DNA of 64,000 nt. It comes from Nageia nagi. Taxonomy: Eukaryota > Plantae > Pinophyta. The stretch lies in contig JBITNC010000001.1 in NCBI GenBank assembly GCA_050084985.1, forward strand, positions 51,956,001 through 52,020,000, written 5' to 3'. Both the position numbers and the translations under genes were made by a program. Each line of letters starts with the position of its first letter. The first letter of the stretch is position 1. Positions 49,163 to 64,000 of this stretch are shown here, one piece after another. Below the pieces are notes generated by a model. It did not search any database and was not told where the DNA came from. It saw only the letters and a list, made by a program, of their open reading frames with translations.

Positions 49163-52100
49163 TGTTGAGTATGGTGCAGCAGTGTTATCATTATTTTTAA
49201 CATGATGAGAGTAGTGTACATATGGTTCACATGGTTGCACATGTCAAACTAATAATGTTGAAAAGATTTGCAAAGTTATCAAATGCAAAAATGACAAAAG
49301 GCCCAAAAGTTATCATGAGGTACCAAAAGTTATCAAGAGGGCCAAACCGCAAATGGAAGGTGATGGATAACTAGAGATGGATTTAATAAGTTATTGGATT
49401 TATAATAAGGTTGTGTGCAACATTGGAATAGTTAAATTTCATATTGGTTCTTTTTAGGGCACACTTATGAATTTTTGAATAGTTAGACTTATGGGTGATA
49501 TTAGCTCCATGAAAGTTAAATTTTGAATAAATGGTGTTGATTCATAGGCTAACATTTAAATCATATATAGTAATACATACTAATAATATGTGATCAAAAT
49601 TTTGTAGCAAGATGATGACCAATGCAAAATTGGCACAAGCTACAAAATGTCACTTAGTAATGTTTTGTAGTTTGGTGCATTTTTTGGGACAATAATGAAA
49701 AAAAGTAATTCTATGAGTTTGATTTGATATATTTGATTCTTGGTTGTAGATTTGCAATTAGCATGAAAAATCTCATAACTTTGATTTTTGGTTTATCTTA
49801 ATTCAAGGTCTAGAAGTCAATGAATAAAGATGCCTAGTAAGTGTTTGATGAAATGACAAGACATAAATTTTGACTAAATGTTGAGCCCAATTTTGGGAGT
49901 GAAATGTTTGACAAAATGTTATTATAATTTTTGAGTATATATTTTTATTTCTTATTAAAATATATTACACTCCTAATTGAGTGTGGAGAATTTTAGTGAT
50001 ATAAAATATAAATACAAGCTTTTAGAGATGGTTGATGATTTATACAAAAAATGTAATACCATTTCATGTCATAAAAACTTGGAACATGCATTTTGAGTGC
50101 AATTGATATATTATCATGAACCAGTTTTGCAATATTCAAAGTTTTTTGGGTTTGTATATTGGCAATGTAGTATGATTGTGAGTAGTGTGTAAAGTATGTG
50201 TGAGTAATGAAAATGTTTGCAATGAATGATTTCTTTATAGTTCTACAAGTGTTGAGAGTTCTAAATGTGTGTGAGAAATCATATCAATCTTGAATCAAAA
50301 TGTGAGACATTTTCTTGATCTAAATAATGACATTTCTTCCAATGGTTTCAAGAAACGTTTCTTAGTCCATTTTGGGGTTTTCAACTGATAGGTGTGAAGA
50401 GTGAGTGAGTATGAATAAAAGGGTTGAAGCTATAGAAGAGTGTGGTAATTTTTGGAATAAAAAAGAATTATTGAAGAGATAGATTCAAATTATGGTTATG
50501 TGTATAAGTGTTTTGAGCTAGACCATTTTGAGTCTTGGGTAACTAGTTATTAATCCTTTATCTTATCTTATGAAATCTATCAAGTGGGTGGTTGGCAAGA
50601 GGATTTGATGCTCCTTGTAGTTGGTGATGTAGAACTTAGGGATTGGTGCTCTTTCCAATTGGTGATAGTAAATTTTGTGTAAAGTTAGATATTTATAATA
50701 GTTGGATTTGGATTGGAGTCCAACCAATCTTATTCAAGGACGTAGCCACATTGGTAAACCTTGTTATATCATATGTTGTGTTATATTTCTCTTGTGTGTT
50801 TGATTAGTAGGGTTTTAAAAAAAGGTATGGTGTATAGTAATATCTACATAAAATATGAAAATAATAATCAAGTTATCATTGTGGTTTATTTAGATGATAT
50901 TATTTTTGGAGGTAGTAAAGGTGAAATATGCGAAGAGTTTGCAAACTAAATGTAAATAGACTTTGAGATGTCAATGATAGGTGAAATTTCATATTTTCTT
51001 GGTTTGCAAGTTAATTAGTTAAAGAATGGTATTTTTATTTTACAAATCAAGCATGTAAAGGAGATGTTAAAAATTTTCACTATAGAGGATTACAAGCCTG
51101 TGAGCACTCCCATGGTGATGGGTTGCAAGTTAAGTAAGGATGATAAAGCACCAATAATGGATCAAACATAGTATAAGTCAATGATTGGAAGTTTACTTTA
51201 CTTGACTACCACTAGACCAGATATTTTGTAAGTAGTATGCATGGTTGCATGATTTTAGGCTATCTGAATGTAACACATGTGACTATAATGAAGAGGATAT
51301 TTCAGTTCCTCAAGGGTACAATGGATTATGGCCTATGGTATCCCAAGAGGAAGGATTTCCAACTCATTTCTTTCTGAGATGTAGTTTGGGTAAGGTGTGT
51401 AGATGACAAGAAGAGTACTAGTGTTGGTTCATTTTACCTAGGCAATAATCTTATTGGTTGGTATAGCAAGAAATAAGAATAGGTATCATTGTCCATAGCA
51501 GAAGCAAAGTACATAGTAGTGACATCATGTTGCACATAGGTTATGTGGGTGAAATAAATGATGAAAGATTTAGGTATTCACATCAATGAGCCCATTTTAG
51601 TTATGTGTGATAACACAAGTGCAATTAATATTTCTAAAAATTTGATCATGCATTCAAAAATGAAACACATTGCCATTTGGTTCTTGAAGGAAATGATTGC
51701 ATAAGGAGAGGTAAAGTTGAAATTTATTCTCACATCAAAGTAAGTAGCATATATATTTACTAAACCATTACCCAAGAAAATTTTTGAGTACTTGCAAAAG
51801 AAATTGGGAGTGGTGACATTGTCCAAGTATTGACTAGCTTTTGGGTGCATAATCTCAAGGGGAATAATTTTGTACCTTCTTATCTTTTTACTCCTATATA
51901 ATTATGTTTTATTATATAGTGATTTATATTTTAGTATTATGTATATGGACTCAGGGGGAGTCCAATGCATCCATTTGTATTTGTTGTGAAAGGGGGAGAA
52001 GAGTAACAAGTTTTTGCATGTGTTACCAACAATTCTAAAGGGGGAGATTGTTGAGTACGGTGTAGTGGTGCTATCATTGTTGTCAACATAATGAGATCAA

Positions 52101-53794
52101 AGTGCATATGATTCACATGTACATGTTAAAGAAATGACATCAACAAGATTTGCATAGTTGTCAGATGCAAAAATGACAAAAGGACCAAAAGATGTCATGA
52201 GGTACCAAAAGTTGTCAAGAGGGCCAAAATGCAATTGGAAGGTGATGAACAACCCAATATGACTTGGATAAGTTTTTTGATTGATAACAAACTTGTGTAC
52301 AACATTGGAATGGTCAAATTTAATGTTGGTTCTTTCTTGGGCACACTTATGGATTTTTGAACAATCAGAATTTTGGGTGAAATTGGCTCCATGCAAGTCA
52401 AATTTTGAGCAAATGGTGTTGATTAAAAATTTTAAATTTAACTTATATATAGAACTATATACCAAGAACATGTGGTCCAAATTTCATAGCAAGATGATGA
52501 CCAGGGTAGAAATGGTGCAAGCTACAATATACCACTTAGTAACTTTTTGAAGTTTGGTGCACTTTTTGGGATAGCAATGAAAAAAAGGAATTTCATGAGT
52601 TTGATTTGAGATATTTGATTTATGGTTGTATATTTGCAATATGCATAAAAAATCTTATAACTTTGGTTTTTAGTTCATCTCAATTTGAGGTTTAGAAGTC
52701 AATGAATAAGGATTCCTGGTAAGTGTTTGATGAAATGATAAGACATAAATTTTGGCTAAGTGTTGAGCCTAATTTTAGCAGTGAAATGTTTGGGAAAATG
52801 CTTATTATGATTTTTGAGTGTATAGTTTTATTTCTTGTTAAAATATATTACACTCCTAATTGAGTTTTGAGAGTTTTAGTGATATAAAATATAGAAACAG
52901 GCTTTTAGATATGATTGGTGATCTATGTAGAAATGGTAATACCATTTTTGTATCATATGGAATTGGAACATGCATTTTGAGTACAATCAATATATTATCA
53001 TGAACCAGTTTTGCAATATTCAAATTTTTTTGGGTTTATCTATTGGTAGTGTAGTATGATTTTGAGTAATGTATGAAGTATGTGTGAGTAACAAAAGTGT
53101 CTATAAAGAATGATTTCTTTATAGTTCTACAAGTGTTGAGAGTTCTAAATGTGTGTGAGAAATCATATCAATTTTGAATCAGAATGTGAAACATTTTCTT
53201 GATTTGAATAATACCACTCCTTTCAGTTATTTCAAGAATAATTTTTTGGTCTATTTTTTGGGTTTTTCAACTGATAGGTGTGAAGAGTGAGTGAGTATGA
53301 ATAAAAAGGTTGAAGCTATAAAAGAATGTGGTGATTTTTGGAATGAGAAGAAAATATTTATGAGATAGATTCAAATTATGGTTGTGAGTAGAAGTGTTTT
53401 GAGCTAGACCATTTCATGTCTTTGATAATTGGTTATTAATCCTTCATGTTATCTTATTGAATTTGTCAAGTGGATGCTTGGCAAGAGGAGTTGGTTCTCC
53501 ATGTAGTTGGTGCTACAGAACTTAGGAGTTGGTGCACCTTCTAGTTGGTGCTGGTAAATTATGTATAAAGTTGGAGTTTTACAATGGTCGAATTTGGATT
53601 GGATTCCAAGCAATCTTATTAGGGTATGTAGCTACATTGGTGAACCTTGTTATATCTTGTGTTGTGTGATGTTCTCTTATGTGTTTCTATTTAGTTTCAT
53701 CTTTTTGATGCATTGTTTAAAGTTTTTGGGTTTGAAGTTTTAAATTTAAAGACACTTATTCATCCCCCATCTCAATGTAATATGTAGTTCAACA
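49163..53794 (+). mobile_element. Duplicate of the SIRE-like copia element
   Basis: Near-identical to 19035-23666 (offset 30128); 3' LTR starts at 52049. Confidence 0.85.
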
Positions 53795-55168
53795 TGCAAA
53801 ACATTGGTGAGTTTGGAGAGGATCTATAAAAGGATGCATACAAGATGGGACAAGTTCATCCTCTCATATTTGAAATGGTTGAAGATTATGGAACTGAGTG
53901 CAACTATTTGCCTTTTGATTAATATCCAATTACTTATTATTGGTTGAATAGTTAGCAGGATGGGAAGAGAGGGTCTTACCTAGAACAACCCTAAACTTAA
54001 GAACTTAGAAAATAGGATTGCCATATTTCACTTATAGGTTAGGTGGAGCTACAGAGGGAACTAGTGTGCAAGATTTCTATACTCTAAATAGACCCTACAT
54101 ATGAAGACTATGTTTTTGTTATGTAATAATTTCTCCAAAACAATACCATCATGCAACAAATTGATGTTAATCTTAATATGTACAGAGGCTTTTACATCAA
54201 TGTGGATACAAATCCTTATATATAGAGTGGTCTTGCAATGATTAGTACAATCAAATTTGTAGAGATATACAACTATTGAGTTTCCCATTACCTCAAAGGT
54301 TTCTTTATACCAAAGATATCTTAGAAGATTAGGAAGGTTGATTTATATATGATCCTTAATTCTAGCTTCAAGACACATCTTAAAACTAGGGTATGGTGTT
54401 TTGATAAATTATACCACTCACCTACGAAACCATTCTCCACCATAAAAAAATTAATCTCTATCTTCTTGGGTGGAAAATGTGGCTAGTGAATAACCATTGG
54501 AATAATGATTAATTGAGACCTCTCTATTTATATCCTATATGCAATAGGGAAGATCCTAATGTTTTAAGATTGTGATGTAACTTCTCATTACTATTCTTCA
54601 ATATTTAATATTTGCATATCTTATGTAGCCTACAATTGACCATTCTGATTCTTTTTGGGTTCTTGACCCCACGTATGCATTCATTGAAACCTCTGCTAAA
54701 GTCTAGTTGGTTGTTACACAAACAAAATTAAGGCTTGAGTGGAGAATCCTATATCAATTAAAAATTTAACTCTATTTATTTAAAATATCTTAAATATCTT
54801 ATATGTATATCTAAACATGCACAAAGGCGATGTTTAGTAGATCTATATTTAAGTTAATTCATTAATTTAATTTTAATATTTCAAATAATATCCTTTTGAA
54901 AAAAAATTTAAAATATTTTAAAAGTCAATCATAATTTCTTTAAAGATTATCCTCATGAAAATTAATCATCCTATTCACTACCTACTTTCTTTTGAACACA
55001 TTATTTTGTTGGATTTTCTTCAATTGCATAAATTAATTATCTAAATTACAGTTAAATTAATTAACTAAAAAATAAACATACTGCTTGATAGATAATATTT
55101 TAAATATTACCACATTCTCCTCCATAAAAATATTATTCTAGAAAAAAATAAATAAATTAATTAGCTGA

Positions 55169-55957
55169 TTATGTCGCTTTGCTTGCTTTGCTATATGCCT
55201 TCATGCAGCATGGTGAATGAAAGTTGTAAATACTTCAGCACCATGATCCAAAGTTATGGCCTTACACCCAAGTTAGAGCATTATGCTTGTATGGTTGACT
55301 TGCTTGGTAAGGGGGGTCTTCTTGGTGAGGCACATAACATTATTGCATTGATGCCAATAGAAGCATATGCTTTTATATTTGGAGCTTTGCTTAGTGCCTA
55401 CAAAATTCATTGCAATATTATGATTGAAAAAATTGTGGGAAAACATCTTTTGAATAGGAAATCTTGTTTTGCTATCAAACATTTATGTTGAATATGGAAG
55501 ATTGGAACAAGTTGCAATGGTAAGAAAAAGAAAATGGATTAAGAAGAGTGTCAAGATGCAGCTGGATTGAGATAAAGAACAGAGTGCACACATTCCTTGT
55601 TGGGGATACATCGTATCCATAATCAGATCAAATTTATGAGAAGTTGAAGAGCTTGCTTAAGAAAATAGAGAAGGTAGGGTACATTCTTGATACCAGCTTT
55701 GTGTTGCATGATGTAGAGAAGAAAAAGAAGAAAAGTATCCTTTTGGTCACAGTGAGAAGCTGGCTCTTCCATTTGGACTTATCAGCACCAACATAGGGAC
55801 AACAATACAATTTATAAATAATCTCTATTTTTGTGGGGATTGTCACAATGCAACCAAATTTATTTCCAAGACTATTGAGCGTGAAATTATCATAAAACAC
55901 GTCAACCATTTTCATCATATCAAGAATGGATTGTGTTTTTGTAGGGACTATTGGTAA
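55169..55957 (+). pseudogene. Duplicate PPR E+/DYW pseudogene
   Basis: Matches 25040-25828 apart from one noticed synonymous GGT>GGG change in CGDC; same disabling lesions. Confidence 0.93.
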
Positions 55958-55958
55958 A

Positions 55959-57789
55959 TTGATCTATAATTAAGTGCCTAAGCCAAGGATTCATTTCATC
56001 GCGTATAGAATTTAATATTTTGCAGAATAAAATAGGCACTCACTTAATGTGCATTAGACTAAATGCTAGCTTAATATTGAATCCGGAACTTTATAACAAT
56101 TCACAATGATTCAAAAGACAAGGATATCAATAACTTATCACACAATGAATACTTTGAATTTATAATGGAAAAATTTTAATGGGAAAAAACCAGTGAGAAT
56201 GGACATTGGATATTATTAAGAACAAGCAAAGCATAGAAGTGCCGACTTGGAAAAATGATTCACAAGGCGAAGATGGGTGGAATTTCATACCAATTCACTG
56301 TACATCAACAAATTTGAAAAGGCCCCAAAAAACAAAACACACTACATGAATTAGATCTAATCAACAGTCACACGACCATAGTCCATCCTTCGGTTTGCTC
56401 TTTTCTCCTTACTTTGTTTATTCCCCAAAACTCTATATGTTTTGTTCTTCCCAAAAGTTTAAAATTGTCCAATCCCCAATCTTCAGTGATCTATAAGATG
56501 AGAATGACATTTTAACTTCTGCCCAAAATTATATAGTTTAGCTATTGTGAATTGAAGATTCTATAGTTTAACCATTCTAAATAATTCACATGCCTGATAG
56601 TTTAACCATTTTCAATCATTTTGCATGCCTTGTATAACCATTTCTTTTTACCCCACATATCTTGCAGCAAGAGTTCAACTTCAAACGGATATTTATAAAA
56701 GTTGATGTGAAATTCCTTATCCTATTACTCGGAAAGCTGAAATGCCACAGTTTCAAAAATCTAGAAAACTCCCACAAAATTAAAATATGAAACATTCTCA
56801 TAAAGCTGGAATGTGGAAAATTCCCTGAAAGATGGAATACTAAAAATTCTCAAAAAAGGTCAGAAAAAGTTGGAATGCAAAATATTCCCGAAAATTTAGA
56901 ATTAGGAAAATTCTCATCATACAACTGGTTGTCATCGATCTTGAGTGCCACAGAACAGGCCGGTATGTTTTCAACATCCTAAGGCTTCCGTTTGGCAAAA
57001 TCCTGCAAGAAATCACGAATATTGTCCTAAAATAGGACATTAAAATCTAAACGTCATCCTGGGTCTTCAAACGTGTGAAATGCATACAAAGCGAAAATCT
57101 TCCAAATAAACATTTTGGTCGACCTATTGATCGTATGATCGAATCTAGCTACCACCGCCAAACATCAGTACAACATTCAAAGCTTCATACAAAAACGAGG
57201 CATTTGCAATGGCGGAAGGTGGAAGGTTTAGGATGAGCAATGTCTTCAAATAAAGAGTGTAAGCAAGGGAAAAGCATGAATTTGTAGAAAATTTGACATT
57301 CAAAGCTAAAATGTTCTCAACATAAGATTCATACACCATCCGATGGTCTGTTTGTCTTCAAGTTTATACGGACGTGATTGACCCCTTTGTGTAGGTTGCC
57401 GATATGCTAACTACCTTGTAACGACTTTCTGGCCACTCGGGTGTGAAGTGAATGTTTTCATGGAAAGACAGGATGTAAACCCCCAACATTATTATCAGTT
57501 GGATGGTCTTTATTCTACAAAAGAAAAGACGTGACCGCAATACCTCTTACATGCTCACACAGTAAATCAATAACTCAACTTCATTTCATCTACCAGAATG
57601 ATTTGCAGCCATAAACAACCATCGATTGATATTTTTGCCCCTCTTGCCCAAGGAGACCCCTACAGCGTAATAAAAGTGAAGGCTATCGAACTACCAACTG
57701 TCTCGATTCGTACGCGTAAGCTGTAAAGGCATGCCACGATAGTACAAATAGGGGCGATGAGGCCGCTGCATTAAGAAATGGGTATTGTG
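55959..57789. promoter_or_regulatory. Duplicate of the CpG-retaining island
   Basis: Matches 25830-27660 (offset 30129). Confidence 0.5.
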
Positions 57790-58103
57790 CATATAATTTA
57801 AAATTGCATCTTTTTCATCTAAATCAATCAAAGAAACATATAATCGTAATATAACTCATCTATAGAGTTAATTCCCATATTAACATAATAATAAATTAGT
57901 ATTATCAAATACTAATATAAGCAAGTATTTATTAGATATTAATAATGAAAAAATCTATTATCATGCACTTTTATATAATTAAGCCATGTATTCACTAATT
58001 ATTTATTTTTCTATTTTTATTTTATGCAACATGACTATTCAAAATCATTAGTTAAAGATAACTTCAAATCAAAAATTACATAATCAAAATTGTTTAAAGA
58101 AAT

Positions 58104-58700
58104 TATTAGCAAAATAAGATAACATTTATTATCCATGATGTTATCTTTTCTTATCTATATCAATGTTTATCTTATGGTTACCAGGACTAATAACATTATT
58201 TTGTAGCTACATTCACCCTTATAGGCAACATTAACCTTCATGCACTTCAAACTCTATAAATAATATCTCTAAGTAGCGTTCTCCATGTCTTCTATTATGG
58301 ATTCATATTTTAGATATCTTTTCTAAGAGGAGGTTGAAATATTCATATCATTTTTGCACATATAACTCCCTCTTCCCAAAAAAAGTGCTTTATTGGCATT
58401 TTAAACCCTCAACCCTATCCTCTAGATCATAAAAGTTAACCATAAAAAAATTATTCAGAAGAAGGGAAATGCAATGCTTACAATCCCTAAAGTTTTTTGC
58501 AAGCTTCATCAAATTCTCTAAACATGGATGCGTCCCCCTTAATTTATAGATGATTGCATGAAATTTTAGTTGTATAGGGTGTATTCCATCTTTTTCATCT
58601 AAATTATTGATAAAAAATGAAAGACATTCTATTAGGAGAATTCATGGGATTTCAAATAGATCCAATATTATTCTATTCATTGTGTTCATAGTATCAGAGC
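58104..58700 (+). mobile_element. Duplicate LTR relic plus PBS
   Basis: Matches 27975-28571. Confidence 0.55.
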
Positions 58701-60824
58701 ATCAAATGTCATCTGGGATTGTACGTCAATCACCATTATCCTTTGTTTACATCATTGAAGAGCAAACCTCATGAATGTAGGCTAAAAGCAAGAAGTTGAG
58801 TTCACTTAAAGAGGAAGTGGTGGAAATTAGCAAAGTTAAAATTCAATGTCAAAAAATTAGGATCCCAATTTTAGTAAATTAAAATCAAGATCCTGATTTA
58901 GGTTTAGGATCGTAGTAAATATTAGGATCCAAATATTTAAAACTAAAATACATACATTTATTGGGATCTCGATATTTAAATCTTTGATTTCACCTCAAAT
59001 TTAGGCTCAAAAAAGGCTTGGTGAGCTAGCACTTAGCCTTGGACATGCAAGTATATGTTCATAGCAATTTTAATAGAAAATCTCAATTTCAAGCATATGT
59101 TTGATGGAGTTTTTGATATAACTATTTTATGAAATAAAAACCCATTATAGATTAAAGAATGTAGATTTCAAATATGTAATTTTTTTCACAATTGGATAAG
59201 AATTTATATATTTCAATTATTTTTTAGTAAAAGTGGTCCATATACATGAAATATGAGGATATATTTTTTTAATAATTTTTTTAGAGAAGTTATGAAAAAC
59301 TAATTATACAGGGACAAGCTTCATATGATTGAGAAAATATTATGTTTAGATCAAGTTATGGTGGACAAACATGAGCACTTTTAAAAACAAAAAACATGCC
59401 TGGTAGAAAATTAATAAAAAATAATATTGATGAAAAATTTATGAAAAAATATCAAATTCAAGCTCCAATATGTTAGGTATCTTTTCCTAAAAATATTTGA
59501 AAAAATACATTAATTTTAGTCAAATTATGTTTGACGGACACATGCATGGTATGGTCCAAAAATGGTTTTTTTTTAAATATGGTTTTTTTTCATCCTATTT
59601 AATTTTAAATTCTATGATCTAGGTATTGGAACATATTATATATTTGAAAACTAGACCATGAGCACTACATTTTCACCGTATTGACCCTTTTCCTAATTCC
59701 ATGTCTAAGTGCTTCAAATTTTGAGATTAATCATACCCAAATTTGAAAATCAAGGAAAATACTTTTACTTTTCAGCCTTGGAGTGGACCTAATTTCTTGC
59801 ACCCACCTTGTTAGAGATTGGGCTACAAACCTTTCCATAATTGTTGCAATTGACAATGAATTTGTATCGATTAACTCATATATATCCTTTCTATCATGCT
59901 CATCTTATGACATTTTCCATACCTTATATAGTTAATGTTGTAATTATAAAATCTACAACTATAAAATATCTCCTCTTAAGTATTTTTAGTTGTAATTCTT
60001 TTAATAGAATAAAATCTACAATAATAAAATACTTTTATAAAGATCTTTTACCTCTTAAATATTTTATGTCACAATTGAAATAAAGAAATAATAGTATTAT
60101 CTACAATAACAAAACATTTTCATAAGCATCTTTACTTCTTCAATATTTTATGTTGTAATTCATTATATTGTAGAAAATGAAAATTTAATTGGATGCACAA
60201 CATAACCCTACTATTTTTTTCAAATGAGTGCACTATGTTCTTGCAATGAAATATTTAAATCTTTATGGTCTATTCCTCCATTTAAACTTTATCTCCACAA
60301 ATGCATTCCAAGAGAGTCATTATGAAAGCACTAACCTTTAAATGCATTTATTCCTCTTTCTAAGACATATGAGGATGAGATAATATATTTTGGAAATTTC
60401 ATGAGTATGCAAGTGTTTTTATGCTATTAGCATAACTTGTAACAGAATCAAATGAATTTTGAGGAGAAAGTAAAACTTAGGAATGATTAACTGCATTATT
60501 GTTATGCTTTCAAATAAAGAATACCTATCACTACTATGTTTTCATCTATGTACATACATGATAAATCAAATATATCTTCAACTAATTTCCTTGAACATCT
60601 TCCTATTATTTATTCTTAATACAACATACTATCATATATTGAAACTAACATCTTCCAAAAGAATTAATTATGCCCATGGCATCGTACAATGCTCTTAGAT
60701 GATGCAAGAGAAACTAAAGAAGTTGTACGTAGGAGCAATTTATGATAAGTCTCTAAAGTATAAGGTGGTTATTCAAAACCACCACCTTAAGATTTAAAGG
60801 GCCTATTTATAAACAACATTTTTT

Positions 60825-62775
60825 CTTGTCTTCAAAATCTTGTTTCTTCATTAGGTGAGTTTATTTACATGGAGAAAAATATATTTTATTCTATTCATCC
60901 CCACCAATTCCCACCATTGTCTATATGTCAAAATAGATCTCTTGAAATATCTTAAGGAATCTATTAACCTCGAACTAGGTGATACTATGATTCATCATAG
61001 AATTGTATATATCAATCTATCTAAAGCTTTCTATAGATATTAGTTTATTTCACATAAAATCAAGGATAACCCTTTGTTGGATGGCAAATTCAATACCCTT
61101 AGAACCTCATCTCCACCTACTCTTGCACCTTATACACCTATTCCAAAGCTATATAGTTCAAAATGAGATTTCTTTTTGTTCTCATTAATATGGTAATTTA
61201 GATTTAATCTACATATGAAAGGGTAAATTATTTGATTTTATTCTTCAAATTATATACTCTTTTACATACAAGAGCAATCAAAGTTTTATTATTAGTCATA
61301 ATCCTAGAAGAGGGGAAGCTATTAGTTTCATAACATCCAAGTTTAATGCAAGTTTTATCTTGTGTTTTATGGAACCATTTGAACAAACAATTTGAATCCT
61401 CTTGGAATTTAGAAACTATTATTTAGTATTATCAATCTATATGCTTCTAAATATACCAGTGAAAGATGTGTTTTATGCTATTAGTGTTCCTTGTCACTAC
61501 CAATTATATGTGATGATTTTAGAATCAATAAGTGAGATACAGACAAGATAGATCATTTTCTAATGAATTGATTGATTTGGAAATCAAAGGCATAATATTT
61601 TATATAAAATAAAATTTTTCATGTATACCCTATTTCCTATTTCTCAATTTTATATTTTCCCAATGAAATTTTATTTACATGGTCTAGTTTTTTTGTCACA
61701 CATGTTAAAATTATAAAATATGTATGCAAGGTTATGCTTTTAAACTAGCACTATATTCACTTTAATTAGAGGTCAACCTCTTTATCTTTTATTGAATCTG
61801 TATTTGGTACCAACGCATGTGATCATGCTTCAATTTCAATTTTTGGTTACCTCCATCCCATCATTTTCAGGTTATTATAAGAGATATTTTTATCTTAATA
61901 CTTATTTCTTAGAATACACTATCATGGCTTTCCATATCCACCAAGTATAGAATCTAGTCAATTACCATTGAACCTCTAGCTCTAAAGGTTGTATACAGTG
62001 GTAGAATAATTATATTACTCAAATGAATAACCTCTTATGTATTCTAAATCAAAAGTAGATCATCTTTAAATAAATATATCAATGATAGTCTCTATGATGA
62101 GCTAACAAAAACCTTCATTTAATTAAACATTTACCCTTTAATACCCATGTTAAAATCATACATAAGGAAAATTAACCATGAGTTGAATAATATAAATATA
62201 TATGAGGCTAGGAAAGCATTGATCAAAGCTCATTTGCACTAGCTCAAAGTGGATCATAGATTGACCGATGTGATTTTTCAAAATCTTTATCAATCCTAAC
62301 ACACTACTCAATTCAAATATATCAAATAGGGATGAATCGAATTTATGTCATTACCTTATATTTCAAGTGCCATTATGAGGTATTATATCTACGTAGTTTC
62401 TATTCATTCTCTTAAACTTAAGTAATAGAAATACCTTACCTATTAGCTTGTTATGGAACCTATGAGAGTCTCAACTTTCTAATGGAAAAATCATGAGGAA
62501 GTTCTCTTTATGTATGATCGATACGAAATATTTTTTAGGAAAGTATAAATTTAATCATTATGATATATAAGTAGAAATCTTATTGGAATTATTATATCTT
62601 GACTTTAATTGTAGGTGTTATTAGTACCACCATTATAAAAGGGTACCAAAAGGTTAATGAAAATTTATAGATTTTAAAATCTACCATAATAGTGGTATTA
62701 ACTTCCTTGCATGTTAAAGTTTTCTACAATGATCCAATTGAGATATATTATACAAAATTAAAAATCTCATTAAAA
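60825..62775 (+). mobile_element. Duplicate L1 relic, 5' part removed by the deletion
   Basis: Matches 36841-38790. Confidence 0.7.
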
Positions 62776-62812
62776 GATATTTCTAATGACTAATTACATA
62801 AGAAATTTTATA

Positions 62813-63910
62813 TGATAAATGAATTCAAGATTTTTTTGTAAAAAAAAAAATGGATGAAATCAGTATATGAACACAACCATTACTAATGAAGAAATCAATC
62901 ATTAAAAATAGAAAAGTTGATTTTTGTACAATGTTGAAGTTGGTCATAACCAATAGAAAGGTCACACAATATTTAAATTAACCATCACTAATAGAAATGT
63001 TTTCCATTGGATATTGCTAAAGTTGACCATCCTGAATGGAAAAGTTGGTAGTTGCATAGTGTTGAAATAGAATATCACTAATAAAAATATTGACCATCAT
63101 ATAATATGGAAGTTTATAATTACCAATGAAAGTTTTAATCATTAGACATTATTCAATTTGTTTCTAACAAAAAATAAATTCAACCATCACCAAAGGAAAC
63201 TCATCATCAACAAAAATAAAGTTGATTGCTACCAAAGGTTGAAGTCATTTGACATAAAAATATAAATATCATATGAAATGCTCATAAAGGTTTGTATACA
63301 TATCCTATTGAGGTATACAATATATTTTTCAAAATATAAATATCTATTTAATTAGATGTTGTATGACATATTCTATCTCTTAAAATGATAGTAGAAGTTG
63401 AAAGGTCATTGGAATACCCAAAATTGGTGGGCAACTCAAAAATAACTAGAATCCAAAAGGAAATAATAGGTTGATGGAAGGGAAAGAGTAATTTTTAGTA
63501 TCTATAAATAAGAGTCTTGCACCTCACTTATATAGCAATGAAGGATATTCAAAAGATTTTTTAGGAGTTATAGTAATAAAGGTTTATTGCAAATTGTTCT
63601 CTAATTCTTTCGAGTGATTTGGTAGTTTATTATAGTAGCAATATGTTATGAACCTTCTATGATCATGTATCATCATTATTTGAAATAATTAATAAAGATA
63701 ATGATCTCTTTGATAGTGTTTTTTCCCCTTATAAGGGTTTAGTGATTATAAATCTTACTGTCTCATTTGAAGTGAATGGTTTGTTAATTTTATTATTGTA
63801 TTTCAATAGTCAGTAGAATTTAAATTAAGATCACATATTGCATTCAATTGTAAAATTTTAAGTTATTGAAAAATATCATATTTTTTGTATCATGATCAAT
63901 TGGTATAAGA
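62813..63910 (+). mobile_element. Duplicate gypsy LTR plus PBS
   Basis: Matches 38829-39927. Confidence 0.6.
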
Positions 63911-64000
63911 TAAATTTCATTTTTAAGTTATGTGCATGTAATTCAAAAAGTCTTAATAAGGATTTTTCATTTCACATGATTAAAAATTGCAAGAAAGATG

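Larger units (their letters stand above)
47909..64000 (+). repeat. Tandem segmental duplication, unit 2 (runs off window; lacks the equivalent of 30697-36840)
   Basis: 47909-60824 matches 17781-30696, and 60825-64000 matches 36841-40017. Confidence 0.97.

Overview
Very AT-rich, CpG-depleted plant nuclear DNA with no intact protein-coding gene. PPR and copia motif style suggests a gymnosperm (inference). Almost all of it is decayed transposable elements: three Ty1/copia LTR elements (one SIRE/Maximus-like, one Tork/Tnt1-like, one internally chimeric), a Ty3/gypsy relic, L1- and RTE-type LINE relics, a ~1.1-kb tandem macro-repeat and several minisatellites. There are also PLS-E-DYW PPR pseudogene fragments. 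The main structure is a near-identical 30,128-bp direct tandem duplication: unit 17781-47908, with the second copy running from 47909 to the window end. Its junction cuts a copia gag, and the second copy lacks 6,144 bp (30697-36840). Two non-coding islands keep many CpGs (~25830-27660, duplicated at ~55960-57790, and ~34750-35400). These are the best candidates for functional sequence, and the first contains a periodic array of heat-shock-element-like GAAnnTTC motifs. I found no convincing new biological system. All alignments and counts were done by eye and are approximate.
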